DNA from: an uncultured bacterium
GTDB lineage: Bacteria; Patescibacteriota; Minisyncoccia; UBA6257; 2-01-FULL-56-20
Direction: 5' to 3'
Length of the DNA stretch: 64,000 nucleotides
Assembly: GCA_963696395.1 (NCBI GenBank)
Contig: CAVOJZ010000002.1
Location: 656,344 to 720,343 of the forward strand
The translations under genes and the position numbers were made by a program. Positions 8,633-19,087 of this stretch are shown in pieces (position 1 is the first letter of the stretch; each line of letters opens with the position of its first letter). The notes under the pieces are model-generated. The model was not told the origin of the DNA and ran no database searches. It worked only from the letters and a program-made list of their open reading frames with translations.

Positions 8633-9673
8633 ATGAAAAAGCGGTTAAAAAAGTACCTAATTCCCCATAAGGAGAACGATTATAAACCGCATTTGCTTCG
8701 CCCGAAATTTGTGGCGTTGGTTTGTCTCGTTGTTATCGTCGCTGAATCCGCGCTTCTTTTAGGGTCGCACTATCTTGTGCCCCGATCGAAGTTGTTCGGC
8801 ATTATCGTGACGAACGCATTGATCGATGAGACCAACGAGAGCAGGACGGCAAACAACCTGCCGACGCTCCACGAAAATTCATTGCTCGACGCGGCTGCGC
8901 AGGAAAAAGCCAACGATATGGCGACGAATAATTATTTTGCGCATACAAGCCCAACGGGACTCACGCCGTGGTATTGGTTCAACCAGGTCGGCTATAACTT
9001 TGCCTACGCGGGCGAAAATCTTGCCGTGAATTTTTCCGACTCGCAGGACGTGACAAACGCATGGATGAATTCGCCGGAGCATCGCGCGAATATTTTGGAT
9101 GCCAATTATAGCGACATCGGGATGGCCGCCGCGCAGGGAACCTTCCAGGGCCATCCGGCGACGTATGTCGTCGAGCTTTTCGGATCGCTTGCGCCCACGC
9201 CGGTCGCCGTGAATTCGATTCCGGGAATCGCATCGGCACAGGCGGCTCCGAAGCCTGTTGCTCCGGCCGCTCCGGCCGCAAAGCCAAAGCCAGCTTCCAA
9301 ACCGGCCCCGGCCGTCGCAAAGCCGACGTCGAGCCAGGTCTCCATTTCCATGCAGGACATCGCGACGCAAACTCCTTCGGCTACCGCGCATGCAACGAGT
9401 GTCGTGCTTGGTTTCGTTTCTTCGGATAATAATGGACCGGCGATTCGGCAGACAAACGCCATTCAGGAGGCGCTTTCGGATCCGAAGACGCTTGCCAACG
9501 ACTTTTATCTTTTCTTAATGATTCTTTTTACCGTCGCCCTTGTGCTTAATGTCTTCATTAATATCCGCATGCAATATCCCAAGCTCATTTTCGGGGGTTT
9601 GCTTGTCATCGTTGTTGCCGGGCTCGCGATACTCCTCAACCAGAGCGCCTTGGTTCACGCGGCAATCCTCTAA
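8633..9673 (+). CDS. CAP/SCP (cysteine-rich secretory protein family) domain protein with N- and C-terminal TM segments and an Ala/Pro/Lys-rich linker
   Basis: Motifs ...YFAHTSPTG...NAWMNSPEHRANIL are typical of the CAP superfamily. The start may be leaderless: TGATATAAT lies 7 nt upstream of the ATG. Confidence 0.65.
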   Translation: MKKRLKKYLIPHKENDYKPHLLRPKFVALVCLVVIVAESALLLGSHYLVPRSKLFGIIVTNALIDETNESRTANNLPTLHENSLLDAAAQEKANDMATNNYFAHTSPTGLTPWYWFNQVGYNFAYAGENLAVNFSDSQDVTNAWMNSPEHRANILDANYSDIGMAAAQGTFQGHPATYVVELFGSLAPTPVAVNSIPGIASAQAAPKPVAPAAPAAKPKPASKPAPAVAKPTSSQVSISMQDIATQTPSATAHATSVVLGFVSSDNNGPAIRQTNAIQEALSDPKTLANDFYLFLMILFTVALVLNVFINIRMQYPKLIFGGLLVIVVAGLAILLNQSALVHAAIL

Positions 9674-9714
9674 AAATTGCGAAGCACCCTCCGAAGGCAT
9701 AGAATGGTAAGCAA

Positions 9715-11418
9715 ATGCCTTCTTCGACGACAGAACTCATAAAGAGCAAGCTCGACGTTGTTGATTTTCTGCGCGGCTATTTAACGCTCACGCCGGCCGG
9801 CAGGAACTTTAAGGCGCTGTGCCCGTTCCATCACGAAAAATCGCCTTCCTTTATGGTATCGCCCGACCGGCAGTCGTGGCATTGTTTTGGCTGCAGTTTA
9901 GGCGGCGACATTTTCACTTTTATTATGCGGTATGAAAATTTGGAATTCGGTGAAGCCATGCGGATGCTTGCCGAGAAAGCCGGCGTGGAGTTGCGCCATG
10001 AGAATCCCGCAGAGTACCGCTATAGCGGATTGCTCTACGACCTGAATGAGCAGGCGAAAAATTATTATCGCAAAGCGCTCGCCGCTGCACCTGTGGCAAA
10101 AAAATATTTGGATGAGCGTGGATTAAAACCGGAGACGATTGAAACGTTTGAAATCGGCTGGGCCCCGAACGAGCCCGAAGGCCTTTCAATGTTCCTGCTT
10201 AATTCCGGCAACGCGCCGCAGGACCTTATCCAGGCCGGCCTCTCTATTAAAACCGAGCGGGGATTGATGCTCGATCGGTTCCGCGGGCGCATCATGTTCC
10301 CGATTCACAATCATCTTGGCAAGGTGGTCGGATTTACGGGACGCATCCTGCCCCAGCTCGACCGCGGCGATATGGGCAAATATGTAAACAGCCCCGAAAC
10401 CGCGATTTTCCAAAAATCAAAACTGCTCTACGGTTTTTGGAAAAGCAAAGATTCCATCCGTGAGGCGAAGACCGCAGTCCTCATGGAAGGGCAGATGGAT
10501 TTTTTAATGAGTTACCAATCGGGGCTTACGAATGTCGTTGCGAGTTCCGGAACGGCGCTCACGGGCGACCATCTGCGCGTTATTCATCGGCTCGCCGAAG
10601 AAATCGTTTTGTGTTTCGACAGTGATGTTGCCGGAGCCGACGCGGCGGAACGGGCGATTGACCTTGCCGAAGCGAACGATTTCAGCGTGAAGATTGCAAC
10701 ATTCAAAGATTTTAAAGATGCCGCCGACGCGGCGAAAGCCGATCCTGAAAATGTGAAGAAAACGATTTCCGCCGCAGTGCAGGCGCCGTTATTTTATTTT
10801 GCAAAATATTTGCCCGAAGACGTTGCGGAGCTCAAGACGCGCGAAGGCCTCCACAAACTTCGGGCCGTACTTGGCAAGCTGAAGATCATTGCAAGCCCCG
10901 TCGAACGCGGCTTTTGGTTCGCCGATCTTGCAAGGCGCACCGGCATCAACGAAAGGACGCTTCAGGAGGAAGCCGAAAAAGCTGCGGTTATGGGAATCCC
11001 CGTGAACGCCCGGAAAGAAGAGGAAGTTGCCAAGCGCCAGATTTCGCGCCAGGATCGGTTGTGCGAACAGCTGCTCGTTGCGGCATTTGCAAAAAATAAT
11101 TTTGATCTCATCGAAGATTGCGTGCCCTATTTTAAGCCGGCGCAGAAAGAGGTGTATCGCATCCTAAAGGACGGCAAGAAGCGGAGCGAGGATCCATCGC
11201 TTGATGAAGTGGTCGGGCTTGTGGTCCTCGGTGCATCAAGCGAAATGAGCGACGAGGAAATCGCCGCGCTCAAGGCTGAGCTTGCGAAAGAGTATTATAA
11301 AGACCGCCGACAGATCCTCGCGATGGCCATCAAAAATGCCGAAGCCAAGGGAAACGAGCCGGAGTTAAAAGCCGCTCTCATGGAACTGAACGACCTGCCA
11401 TTCACTCCTGAAGGGTAG
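9715..11418 (+). CDS. dnaG: DNA primase
   Basis: CHC2 zinc finger CPFHHEKSPSFMVSPDRQSWHCFGCSLGGDIFTF, TOPRIM region, and operon position before rpoD. Confidence 0.9.
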   Translation: MPSSTTELIKSKLDVVDFLRGYLTLTPAGRNFKALCPFHHEKSPSFMVSPDRQSWHCFGCSLGGDIFTFIMRYENLEFGEAMRMLAEKAGVELRHENPAEYRYSGLLYDLNEQAKNYYRKALAAAPVAKKYLDERGLKPETIETFEIGWAPNEPEGLSMFLLNSGNAPQDLIQAGLSIKTERGLMLDRFRGRIMFPIHNHLGKVVGFTGRILPQLDRGDMGKYVNSPETAIFQKSKLLYGFWKSKDSIREAKTAVLMEGQMDFLMSYQSGLTNVVASSGTALTGDHLRVIHRLAEEIVLCFDSDVAGADAAERAIDLAEANDFSVKIATFKDFKDAADAAKADPENVKKTISAAVQAPLFYFAKYLPEDVAELKTREGLHKLRAVLGKLKIIASPVERGFWFADLARRTGINERTLQEEAEKAAVMGIPVNARKEEEVAKRQISRQDRLCEQLLVAAFAKNNFDLIEDCVPYFKPAQKEVYRILKDGKKRSEDPSLDEVVGLVVLGASSEMSDEEIAALKAELAKEYYKDRRQILAMAIKNAEAKGNEPELKAALMELNDLPFTPEG

Positions 11419-11451
11419 GTATACTTGCGTTTTTGTAAGAAATAAAGAATA

Positions 11452-12702
11452 ATGAGGTATCAATTAATGTCCCCGAAAGCGCGCAAAGCGAAGGCCAAAC
11501 GTTCTCCTCGCATGAATCGAAAAACTTTGAAAAAGAAGTCGGGTAAAGTCCGCGTAAAAAAAGTTGCGCGGGTTAAGGCTGCAAAGAAGAAGGTAAAGCC
11601 GCTTTCGAAGCTCGATAAAAGCATCAAAGTTCATGCCGGGGAAATCAATGAGCTCATTGAACGCGGCCGCCCGCGCGGCTTCGTGACCGACAACGAGATC
11701 CTCTATTATTTCCCGAAGATCGAAGACAACGTCGGCCTCCTGGATGAAATTTATGACCGTCTCGAAAAGGCGGGTATTAAGGTTATCGAAACGAGCGCCC
11801 TCATCGATTTTTCCAAGGACGACGACAGTCGGAACATGGACGACTCCATGGCATTCGAAGGCGATGTGCCCGACGCCGTACAGATGTACTTAAAAGAGAT
11901 TGGTAAAACGCCGCTCCTCTCAAAAGACGAAGAGCGAGAGCTCGCGAAGCGTGCCGAGAAAGGCGATGAAGAAGCGCGCCAGCGTTTGATGAAGGCTAAC
12001 CTTCGTCTCGTGGTTTCGATTGCGAAGCGATATGTAAACCGAACGCCGCATCTTTCAATTCTCGATTTAATTCAGGAAGGGAACATCGGCCTTTCGCGTG
12101 CCGTCGAAAAATTCGACTACCGCCGCGGTTTCAAGTTTTCAACATACGCCACGTGGTGGATCAGGCAGGCGATCACGCGTGCCCTGGCGGACCAGTCGCG
12201 CACAGTGCGCATCCCGGTGCACATGGTGGAAACCATTTCAAAGTATACGCAGGTCCGCCGTCAGCTCATCCAGGAACTCGGTCGCGACCCGCTCGCAGAA
12301 GAGCTTGCCGCCGAGATGGGTATTGATGTTGATAAGGTGCGCCACATCCAAAAGATTTCACAGGAGGTGTTGTCTATTGAAACGCCGATCGGCGACGAAG
12401 AGGATTCAACCCTGTCCGATTTTATTCCCGACGAAAAGAACGCAACGCCATCCCAGCTCACGGCCCGTGCCATGCTTCGCGACCTCATTAAAGAGATCAT
12501 GATTGACCTCACCGAGCGCGAACAGCAGATTTTGAAAATGCGCTTTGGCCTCGATGACGGCATCAGCCATACGCTCGAAGAAGTAGGCAAAGCATTTGGC
12601 GTCACGCGCGAACGTATCCGCCAGATCGAAGCAAAGGCGCTCGAGAAAATTCGCGAACACGGTAAAGCGGCAGCGCTCGAAGGTTTTGAGAATCTGGCAT
12701 AG
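11452..12702 (+). CDS. rpoD: RNA polymerase sigma-70 factor
   Basis: Regions 1.2 through 4 are present ([16 protein letters not shown]...[14 protein letters not shown]...[20 protein letters not shown]), and it follows dnaG. Confidence 0.9.
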   Translation: MRYQLMSPKARKAKAKRSPRMNRKTLKKKSGKVRVKKVARVKAAKKKVKPLSKLDKSIKVHAGEINELIERGRPRGFVTDNEILYYFPKIEDNVGLLDEIYDRLEKAGIKVIETSALIDFSKDDDSRNMDDSMAFEGDVPDAVQMYLKEIGKTPLLSKDEERELAKRAEKGDEEARQRLMKANLRLVVSIAKRYVNRTPHLSILDLIQEGNIGLSRAVEKFDYRRGFKFSTYATWWIRQAITRALADQSRTVRIPVHMVETISKYTQVRRQLIQELGRDPLAEELAAEMGIDVDKVRHIQKISQEVLSIETPIGDEEDSTLSDFIPDEKNATPSQLTARAMLRDLIKEIMIDLTEREQQILKMRFGLDDGISHTLEEVGKAFGVTRERIRQIEAKALEKIREHGKAAALEGFENLA

Positions 12703-12748
12703 CACGTGGATAAAAAAATCTGCCGCGCCAGTTGGTAGCTTGGCAGAT

Positions 12749-12988
12749 TTAGGCTTGCGGAAGGCGGGGGACGATTTTGCGGGACTTCACAAAATCCCTA
12801 TCCAGGACCTCGAAAAGCAATTCCCAGAAAGCCACCTCTCTTTTGCATGTTCCACATGTTTTGACATGCTCTCCGATAGATTTTGACAGTTCCGGAGGCA
12901 GCCGCTTGGTGGCATAGTCTATCAGAAAATCTTCGAGCGCCGCACACGAACTGTAGTCGTCGCGGCATTCCATCGGGTCTTCGGACAT
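12749..12988 (-). CDS. Small zinc-finger protein, zf-HC2 anti-sigma-factor-like (79 aa, no TM)
   Basis: H-x3-C-x2-C motif (EHVKTCGTCKRE) plus an N-terminal Cys pair. It is convergent with rpoD. Confidence 0.35.
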   Translation of the reverse strand: MSEDPMECRDDYSSCAALEDFLIDYATKRLPPELSKSIGEHVKTCGTCKREVAFWELLFEVLDRDFVKSRKIVPRLPQA

Positions 12989-13088
12989 CGGATCCTCCTT
13001 GTGCTTCCCTTGTTGTACACCGCTATGGCATTTGAGTCAATTGGAAAAAACCCGGTACCTCGCGTAGTATAAATAGTGATAAATTATC

Positions 13089-14891
13089 ATGTCTTCAGAA
13101 GAGATCCGAAAAAAATTCCTCGAATTTTTCGCCAGCTACGGCCATGCGGTCGTGCCGTCCTCGTCTTTGATCCCCGACGATCCGTCGGTGCTTTTGACGA
13201 CCGCCGGCATGCAGCAGTTCAAAAAATATTATACCGGCGAATTGAACGCGCTTGCGGATTTTAAAGATAACAAGGGAAAGCCGACCCTGAGTACGGCCTC
13301 GGTGCAGAAATCATTCCGGACATCGGACATTGATGAAGTGGGGGATGAAACCCACCTCACTTTCTTTGAGATGCTCGGAAATTTTTCGTTTGGCGGATAT
13401 TGGAAAGAAGAAGCAATCAGATACGCCTACGAATTTATCACAAGCCCAAAGTGGATGGGGCTTGAAATTTCATATGTGACCGTATTCCAAGGTTCGGACG
13501 TTGTCCCGAAGGACGAGGAATCAAAGTATATTTGGAAATCGCTCGATCCGAACCTCATTATTAAAGAGGAGGGTATGGAAGATGTTTTTTGGGGACCAAC
13601 CGGAACGTCCGGTCCGTGCGGGCCGACGACCGAGATTTATTGCAAAAATGCAGCTGGTAAAGACGTGGAAATTTGGAATATCGTCTTCAATGAATTTTTG
13701 TGCAGCGGGTCACGGGAAGAACTGCTTTCCGGTACGGCAAAACTTACGCCCCTCAAAACAAAAGGCATCGATACAGGTATGGGCCTCGAGCGGCTTGCGA
13801 TGATTGCGCAAAAAAAGAAAAATATTTTCGAAACGGATTTGTTTGAGCCCCTTATCACGAGGATTCCAGATCGCTATACGGGGAAAGATGGAATAATGCA
13901 ATTACAGCAGCAGAGGGTTTTCGCCGATCACGTCAGAGCAATTTCATTTTTAATTTCTGATGGAATCCAGCCATCCAATAAGGGCGCCGGCTATGTACTG
14001 AGAAGGCTTATGAGGCGGCTCATGGCCTATGAAGAGATGTATAAGATATCGCCCGATGTTTTTGCTTCACTTGTCGCCGAAACGGTAGATAGATATGGAA
14101 GTTTTTATAACGGGCTAAATAATAGCCTGGACACTATTAACACGACTACGTATGAAGAGCGGAAAAAGTTCAAAGAAACACTCGGACGCGGGATGAAAGA
14201 AATGAGTAAGATGCCAGCAGTTACTTCGAGTGATGCTTTCATGCTCTATCAAACATATGGCATGCCTTTTGAGGTAATAAAGGAGCTCGACCCCCATAAA
14301 TCAAAAAATCTCACGCGTGCCGATTTCGATGCCGAATTCAAGAAGCACCAGGAGCTTTCCCGCGCCGGAGCCGAAAAGAAGTTTGGCGGACACGGGCTCA
14401 TCCTCGACACGGGAGAATTGAAAGCCGCCAATCAGGAGGAATTAAATAAAGTTTTGCAGCTCCACACTTCCACGCATCTGCTCCAGCAGGCGCTTCGGGA
14501 GGTGCTTGGTCCGGATGTGCACCAGGCCGGATCGGACATTACCCCCGAGCGGACGCGATTCGATTTTTCATTCGAGCGCAAGCTGACGTCCGAGGAAATC
14601 AGGAAAGTTGAGGATTTGGTTAACGAAAAGATAAAAGAAGACCTGCCGATGCAATTCAAAGAAATGCCGAAAGATGAAGCGGAAAAAATCGGCGCGCTGC
14701 ATTTCTTTAAAGAGCGATACCCTGATCCGGTTAAGGTTTATTTTGTCGGGAAAGATCTGAAAAGCGCATGGAGTAAAGAATTCTGCGGCGGCCCGCACGT
14801 GACACGCACGGGGGAAATCGGGCATTTTAAGATTGCGAAAGAGGAGGCGGTGGGTGCCGGTGTCCGCCGCATCCGTGGGATCGTGGAGTAG
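13089..14891 (+). CDS. alaS: Alanine--tRNA ligase, compact form (catalytic + editing domains, lacks C-Ala domain)
   Basis: N-terminus FFASYGHAVVPSSSLIPDDPSVLLTTAGMQQF. Catalytic motif 3 region GPCGPTTEIY...IDTGMGLERLA. Editing motifs HTSTHLL...CGGPHV. Only 600 aa. Confidence 0.8.
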   Translation: MSSEEIRKKFLEFFASYGHAVVPSSSLIPDDPSVLLTTAGMQQFKKYYTGELNALADFKDNKGKPTLSTASVQKSFRTSDIDEVGDETHLTFFEMLGNFSFGGYWKEEAIRYAYEFITSPKWMGLEISYVTVFQGSDVVPKDEESKYIWKSLDPNLIIKEEGMEDVFWGPTGTSGPCGPTTEIYCKNAAGKDVEIWNIVFNEFLCSGSREELLSGTAKLTPLKTKGIDTGMGLERLAMIAQKKKNIFETDLFEPLITRIPDRYTGKDGIMQLQQQRVFADHVRAISFLISDGIQPSNKGAGYVLRRLMRRLMAYEEMYKISPDVFASLVAETVDRYGSFYNGLNNSLDTINTTTYEERKKFKETLGRGMKEMSKMPAVTSSDAFMLYQTYGMPFEVIKELDPHKSKNLTRADFDAEFKKHQELSRAGAEKKFGGHGLILDTGELKAANQEELNKVLQLHTSTHLLQQALREVLGPDVHQAGSDITPERTRFDFSFERKLTSEEIRKVEDLVNEKIKEDLPMQFKEMPKDEAEKIGALHFFKERYPDPVKVYFVGKDLKSAWSKEFCGGPHVTRTGEIGHFKIAKEEAVGAGVRRIRGIVE

Positions 14892-14925
14892 GCTCCGGCG
14901 GATTTTAATGTGTTAGAATTGGAGA

Positions 14926-16083
14926 GTGAAGAAGGAAAAATTCCTCATCCTTGAGATACTGCCCAGCGGTGCGAATGGATTATTTTTGACCGTGCGCGAA
15001 GACCGCACGATCGAACTCGAAAAATTTGTCGGCAATATCAACCTGAAGAAATTTTTGCGGACGCCCCTGCGGCGCGTTACGCAAAAAGCGTGGGAAGGGG
15101 AATACCTTTTTAAATCGCATCGCAAAGTGATTGCGACCGCCGACTCCAAGCTTGCAACCACGATACCTCTGCCGCTCGACCTTCCGAGGGAACGAGCCGA
15201 TGTAAAATTTGAAATAACCCTCCCTGAACTTGAAAACCTCATCGCGCAGGCGATGGGGAAAATTTTTAACCAGTGCCGGAGCGAAGCGGCAAAGCGGCTG
15301 AATATCCATGAGCTCGATACCATTCTTGTCGGCGCCAAAGCGAGGAACTTTAAGGTTGACGGAAAGTCGGTGGTGAACCCTGCGGGCTTCACCGGAAAAA
15401 AGATATCGCTCGTGCTCGAGATGCGGTTCACGACCCGGGCGATGTTTGAAGACCTCAAACCTTTCTTTAATGCCCCCGACGATTTCTTTTTCACCGAGGG
15501 GCCACAAACCAGGCTCTTTTCGATAGCCCGGACACGGAAATTGCCGCTCAATCTTATCATCGCCGAAGAAGGCGACGCGGCGGTGTATGTTTTGCAGGAT
15601 ACAAAAGACGGCCACCCCGTGCTCTATCGCGAGAAACTTGGTTGGGATTTTCACAATCTTATCCGTAATATCGCGACCGAACTGCACGTGAGCACGAGCG
15701 TCGCCCATGATTTATATGAACAATATCGGGCCCGGACGATGTCAGAATCGGCGGCGCGGGCTTTCAAGAAGATTCTTGATCCCGCGGTCGACGATTTTTT
15801 TGAGGCTCTGGCGAAGAAAAACATACGCGGATTTGTATATATAGATGCGGATCATGATCTGCCGTTTGAGCTCCCGCACCGGGTGCATGGCGCGACGGTT
15901 GAAGCGATGCCGATCGGGGAGATACTCGAAGCTTTGGATTTTCCCCGGGAGGCCGCCGACAGCCGCCTGTCGCAGAGAATTCTTTCGCGGCACCTCCTGC
16001 CGTTTCTCGAAGCTTATTTCGATAAGAGCAACTCCGACATCAACCAAAAACTGCGGCGGCGCCTGCATTGGCTCTTAAACTAG
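14926..16083 (+). CDS. Hypothetical protein (385 aa), possibly actin-fold FtsA/PilM-like
   Basis: Long ORF in the operon orientation between alaS and infA. The N-terminus LILEILPSGANGLFLTV resembles an FtsA/PilM start. No firm motif. Confidence 0.35.
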   Translation: MKKEKFLILEILPSGANGLFLTVREDRTIELEKFVGNINLKKFLRTPLRRVTQKAWEGEYLFKSHRKVIATADSKLATTIPLPLDLPRERADVKFEITLPELENLIAQAMGKIFNQCRSEAAKRLNIHELDTILVGAKARNFKVDGKSVVNPAGFTGKKISLVLEMRFTTRAMFEDLKPFFNAPDDFFFTEGPQTRLFSIARTRKLPLNLIIAEEGDAAVYVLQDTKDGHPVLYREKLGWDFHNLIRNIATELHVSTSVAHDLYEQYRARTMSESAARAFKKILDPAVDDFFEALAKKNIRGFVYIDADHDLPFELPHRVHGATVEAMPIGEILEALDFPREAADSRLSQRILSRHLLPFLEAYFDKSNSDINQKLRRRLHWLLN

Positions 16084-16101
16084 TGTGTTATAATTTTATA
16101 G

Positions 16102-17793
16102 ATGAAAAAAATCGTTGTTGATAAATCAGAAGATATCGCCGAAGTCATCGACCGCATTTTGGGTGAATCGGATGATGACATCACGCTCGTAATCCCCAAA
16201 AGTTCCGCACTCGGTAAATCGGTGCGGAATTTCAATCTTTTGAAGCGCGAAATGGAAAGCGCGGACAAGACGATCGTCATTGAATCGGTTGACGACACCA
16301 TCCTCGCTTTTGCAAAACAGGCGGGCGTCGAAGCAAGCCATCCGCTATGGAAGAGCGTTCGGGGCAGCGGCGGTTTTTCCGATATAGTACCCAAGAGCGA
16401 AGCCGTGAGCGAAGAAGCAGACGAAGAGCCCGTAAAGAAACCGTCGCGCTCAAAGAAAACCGAATCGGAACCGATCAAGCTGAAGATTCACGAAGAAGAG
16501 GTAGTTGAGGCGAGTGTCACATCCGATGAGGGCGAAACCAAAGAAGAGATCGCCGCGGAGACTTCGATCGAGCAAAACCGTTTTTTCAAAAAGACTTCGT
16601 TCGAGCGTGCAGAAAGCGACGATGAAGACGATGACGAGGATAATAGAAGCCGCATCCCCGCGAAAGCATGGTGGACTATCGTCGCGATTCTTGCTGCCGT
16701 GGGCATCGTTGTCTACGTCCTCACGGTTTTCTGGAATCGGGCCGATATAACCATCGACTTTAAACAGACACCGTGGACCTATCAGAGCAATTTCGTAGCC
16801 GACAAATCAGTTTCGGCGATCGACGCCGTGAACAACACCATTCCGGCGCAGATTTTCACATCAAACAAGAACATAACCGAAACCTTCGCCGCTTCATCGT
16901 TCCAAAATGTTTCACAGAAAGCGCAGGGGATCATAACCATTTATAACGCGTACAATTCTTCGCCGCAGGAGCTCGTGGCAACCACGCGCTTCGTAACGCC
17001 GGACGGAAAAATATTCCGGCTCACAAACACGATAACCGTGCCGGGAGCCAAAGTGGTGAACGGGCAGATAACGCCTTCCACGATCGACGCTCCGATCGTA
17101 GCTGACCAGCCCGGTCCGGATTATAACGTCGGTCCCGTCGCGCATCTTTCCGTCCCCGGATTCCAAAAAGACGCCGCGCGGTACAACGGCTTCTACGGAT
17201 CTATTGCCAGCTCAACTTCGGGTGGCTACATTGGCAAGAAAGCGGTTCCAACAGCGGCTGACATAACCGCTGCGAAGGCTTCGACGACGGCCATCCTGCA
17301 GGCCGGGCTTGCGAGCGGATTCACAACTACCTACCCAGGCAATTTCAAGATTTTGGACGGCGCAACAACCTATCAGATTTCAAAAATGATAGTCAGCACG
17401 ACAACGGACGCCAACGGAAACTTCACGGTCTTCGGCCAGGCGACGATGGAGGCAATCGGGTTCGACGAGGGAGCATTAAAAAATTATTTACTATCGCTTG
17501 CGCAAACAGAGGAAAGCAATTCGGTTTTTTCCTCTCTGAATATCGATTACGCGAGCGTTCAGGCGAATTTCACGGCGGGTCAGGTTAAATTCTCGCTCAC
17601 CGGCCAGGGCGAGCTTGAACCGGCATTTTCACCGACCGAATTCACCGCAAGTATCATCGGTAAAAGTATCGCCGACGCCCGTAGTACCATCCTTGGATTG
17701 CCGAATTTATCCGATGGCAAGATCTCCGTTTGGCCGCTCTGGCTCTGGAGTATCCCCTCGGACCCCAATAAAGTGCACGTTACCGCCCATTAG
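16102..17793 (+). CDS. Hypothetical membrane protein (563 aa; cytoplasmic acidic N-domain, one TM, large extracytoplasmic domain)
   Basis: TM segment WWTIVAILAAVGIVVYVLTVFW. Long ORF co-oriented with its neighbours. Confidence 0.5.
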   Translation: MKKIVVDKSEDIAEVIDRILGESDDDITLVIPKSSALGKSVRNFNLLKREMESADKTIVIESVDDTILAFAKQAGVEASHPLWKSVRGSGGFSDIVPKSEAVSEEADEEPVKKPSRSKKTESEPIKLKIHEEEVVEASVTSDEGETKEEIAAETSIEQNRFFKKTSFERAESDDEDDDEDNRSRIPAKAWWTIVAILAAVGIVVYVLTVFWNRADITIDFKQTPWTYQSNFVADKSVSAIDAVNNTIPAQIFTSNKNITETFAASSFQNVSQKAQGIITIYNAYNSSPQELVATTRFVTPDGKIFRLTNTITVPGAKVVNGQITPSTIDAPIVADQPGPDYNVGPVAHLSVPGFQKDAARYNGFYGSIASSTSGGYIGKKAVPTAADITAAKASTTAILQAGLASGFTTTYPGNFKILDGATTYQISKMIVSTTTDANGNFTVFGQATMEAIGFDEGALKNYLLSLAQTEESNSVFSSLNIDYASVQANFTAGQVKFSLTGQGELEPAFSPTEFTASIIGKSIADARSTILGLPNLSDGKISVWPLWLWSIPSDPNKVHVTAH

Positions 17794-17878
17794 TTGACAA
17801 AAAACGGGGGTTCGGCTTATAATCTCCTTACCGCATCAAATCGCCTTATTCGCACTTAATGAACGAGCAACTCAGCTA

Positions 17879-18088
17879 ATGGAGAAAGAAGCGGCGAAAG
17901 GAGGTCGGGTGATCGAGGCCCTGCCGGGCTTGATGTTTCGGGTCACAATGAATGAAACGGGAACGGAGATTCTCGCTCATTTGGCGGGTAAAATGAAGAT
18001 CAACAACATTCGAGTTTTGCCCGGCGACCAGGTACTCGTGGAACTTTCCCCGGACGGTGCGCGGGGAAGAATCGTTCGTCGGTTGTAA
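17879..18088 (+). CDS. infA: Translation initiation factor IF-1
   Basis: S1-like fold sequence [61 protein letters not shown]. Confidence 0.9.
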   Translation: MEKEAAKGGRVIEALPGLMFRVTMNETGTEILAHLAGKMKINNIRVLPGDQVLVELSPDGARGRIVRRL

Positions 18089-18104
18089 GCCATGATTCAC
18101 TATT

Positions 18105-18218
18105 ATGAAAGTACGAAGCTCCATCAAAAAGATGTGTGCCAGCTGCCAAATCGTCAAACGAAAGGGCAAGCTTTACGTACGCTGTAAAAATCCCAAACAT
18201 AAACAACGGCAAGGATAA
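18105..18218 (+). CDS. rpmJ: 50S ribosomal protein L36
   Basis: [37 protein letters not shown] (37 aa). It is below the ORF-track length cutoff and was found by reading the sequence. Confidence 0.9.
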   Translation: MKVRSSIKKMCASCQIVKRKGKLYVRCKNPKHKQRQG

Positions 18219-18224
18219 GAAACC

Positions 18225-18608
18225 ATGCGTATCTTCGGCGTAAACATTCCTGACAATAAGAGAATTGAAGTGGCGCTCACCTATCTTTATGGCGTCGGCG
18301 ATTCCGTGAGCAAGAAAGCGCTCACAGCCGCGAAAGTTGATTTCGATAAACGGGCGAAGGATCTCACTGCCGATGAAATTTTGCATATCCAGAACTTCCT
18401 CGAAAAAAGTTTTCCGGTGGAAGGAGAGTTGCGCCAGCTCATCAAGCGCAACATTAATAGACTGAAAGAGCTGCAGACGTATCGGGGCATGCGCCATGCG
18501 CGGCGCCTTCCGGTGCGCGGCCAGCGGACCCGGACCAATTCACGCACGGTGCGCGGCAACGTCCGCAAGACGGCGGGCAGCGGCAAACGGAAAGTTGACC
18601 TCAAATAA
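18225..18608 (+). CDS. rpsM: 30S ribosomal protein S13
   Basis: MRIFGVNIPDNKRIEVALTYLYGVG... Confidence 0.9.
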   Translation: MRIFGVNIPDNKRIEVALTYLYGVGDSVSKKALTAAKVDFDKRAKDLTADEILHIQNFLEKSFPVEGELRQLIKRNINRLKELQTYRGMRHARRLPVRGQRTRTNSRTVRGNVRKTAGSGKRKVDLK

Positions 18609-18614
18609 ATAACC

Positions 18615-19073
18615 ATGGGAAAGAAAAAAGTCACAACTCAATCAGGGGATGCACCGGCGAAAGACGCGAAGGCCGTAGAAACGGCGGCTGCAAAGCCGGC
18701 GGTTTCGGCTGGCCGCAAGTCGCGCCGCGTCCAGGAAGGCAAAGTGTACGTGAACGCCTCCTATAACAACACCGTTGTGACGGTCACCGATACCACGGGC
18801 AACGTTCTCGCCTGGGCTTCGGCCGGTTCGCTCGGATTCGGCGGCCCAAAGAAAGCCACGCCATTTGCGTCATCCAAGGTGATCGCCGCGATTGCGGAGA
18901 AATTGCAAAATAACGGCCCGCAGGATATCGTTGTTATCGTAAAAGGCATCGGCAGCGGCCGCGATTCGGCGATCCGCTCGCTCATCAACCACGGTTTCAA
19001 CATTCTCTCTATTAAAGACCAGACACCGATTCCCCATAACGGCCCGCGACCGCCGAAAGTCCGCCGCGTTTAA
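18615..19073 (+). CDS. rpsK: 30S ribosomal protein S11
   Basis: ...GKVYVNASYNNTVVTVTDTTGNVLAWASAGSLGFGGPKKATPFAS... Confidence 0.9.
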   Translation: MGKKKVTTQSGDAPAKDAKAVETAAAKPAVSAGRKSRRVQEGKVYVNASYNNTVVTVTDTTGNVLAWASAGSLGFGGPKKATPFASSKVIAAIAEKLQNNGPQDIVVIVKGIGSGRDSAIRSLINHGFNILSIKDQTPIPHNGPRPPKVRRV

Positions 19074-19087
19074 CCTATTTTATTATC

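Noticed and set aside
14913-15708. Minus-strand ORFs 14913-15560 and 14980-15708 opposite the 14926-16083 gene
   Set aside because: The plus-strand ORF is longer (385 aa) and co-oriented with the alaS-infA operon. The antisense ORFs are Arg-rich, which is typical of spurious frames.
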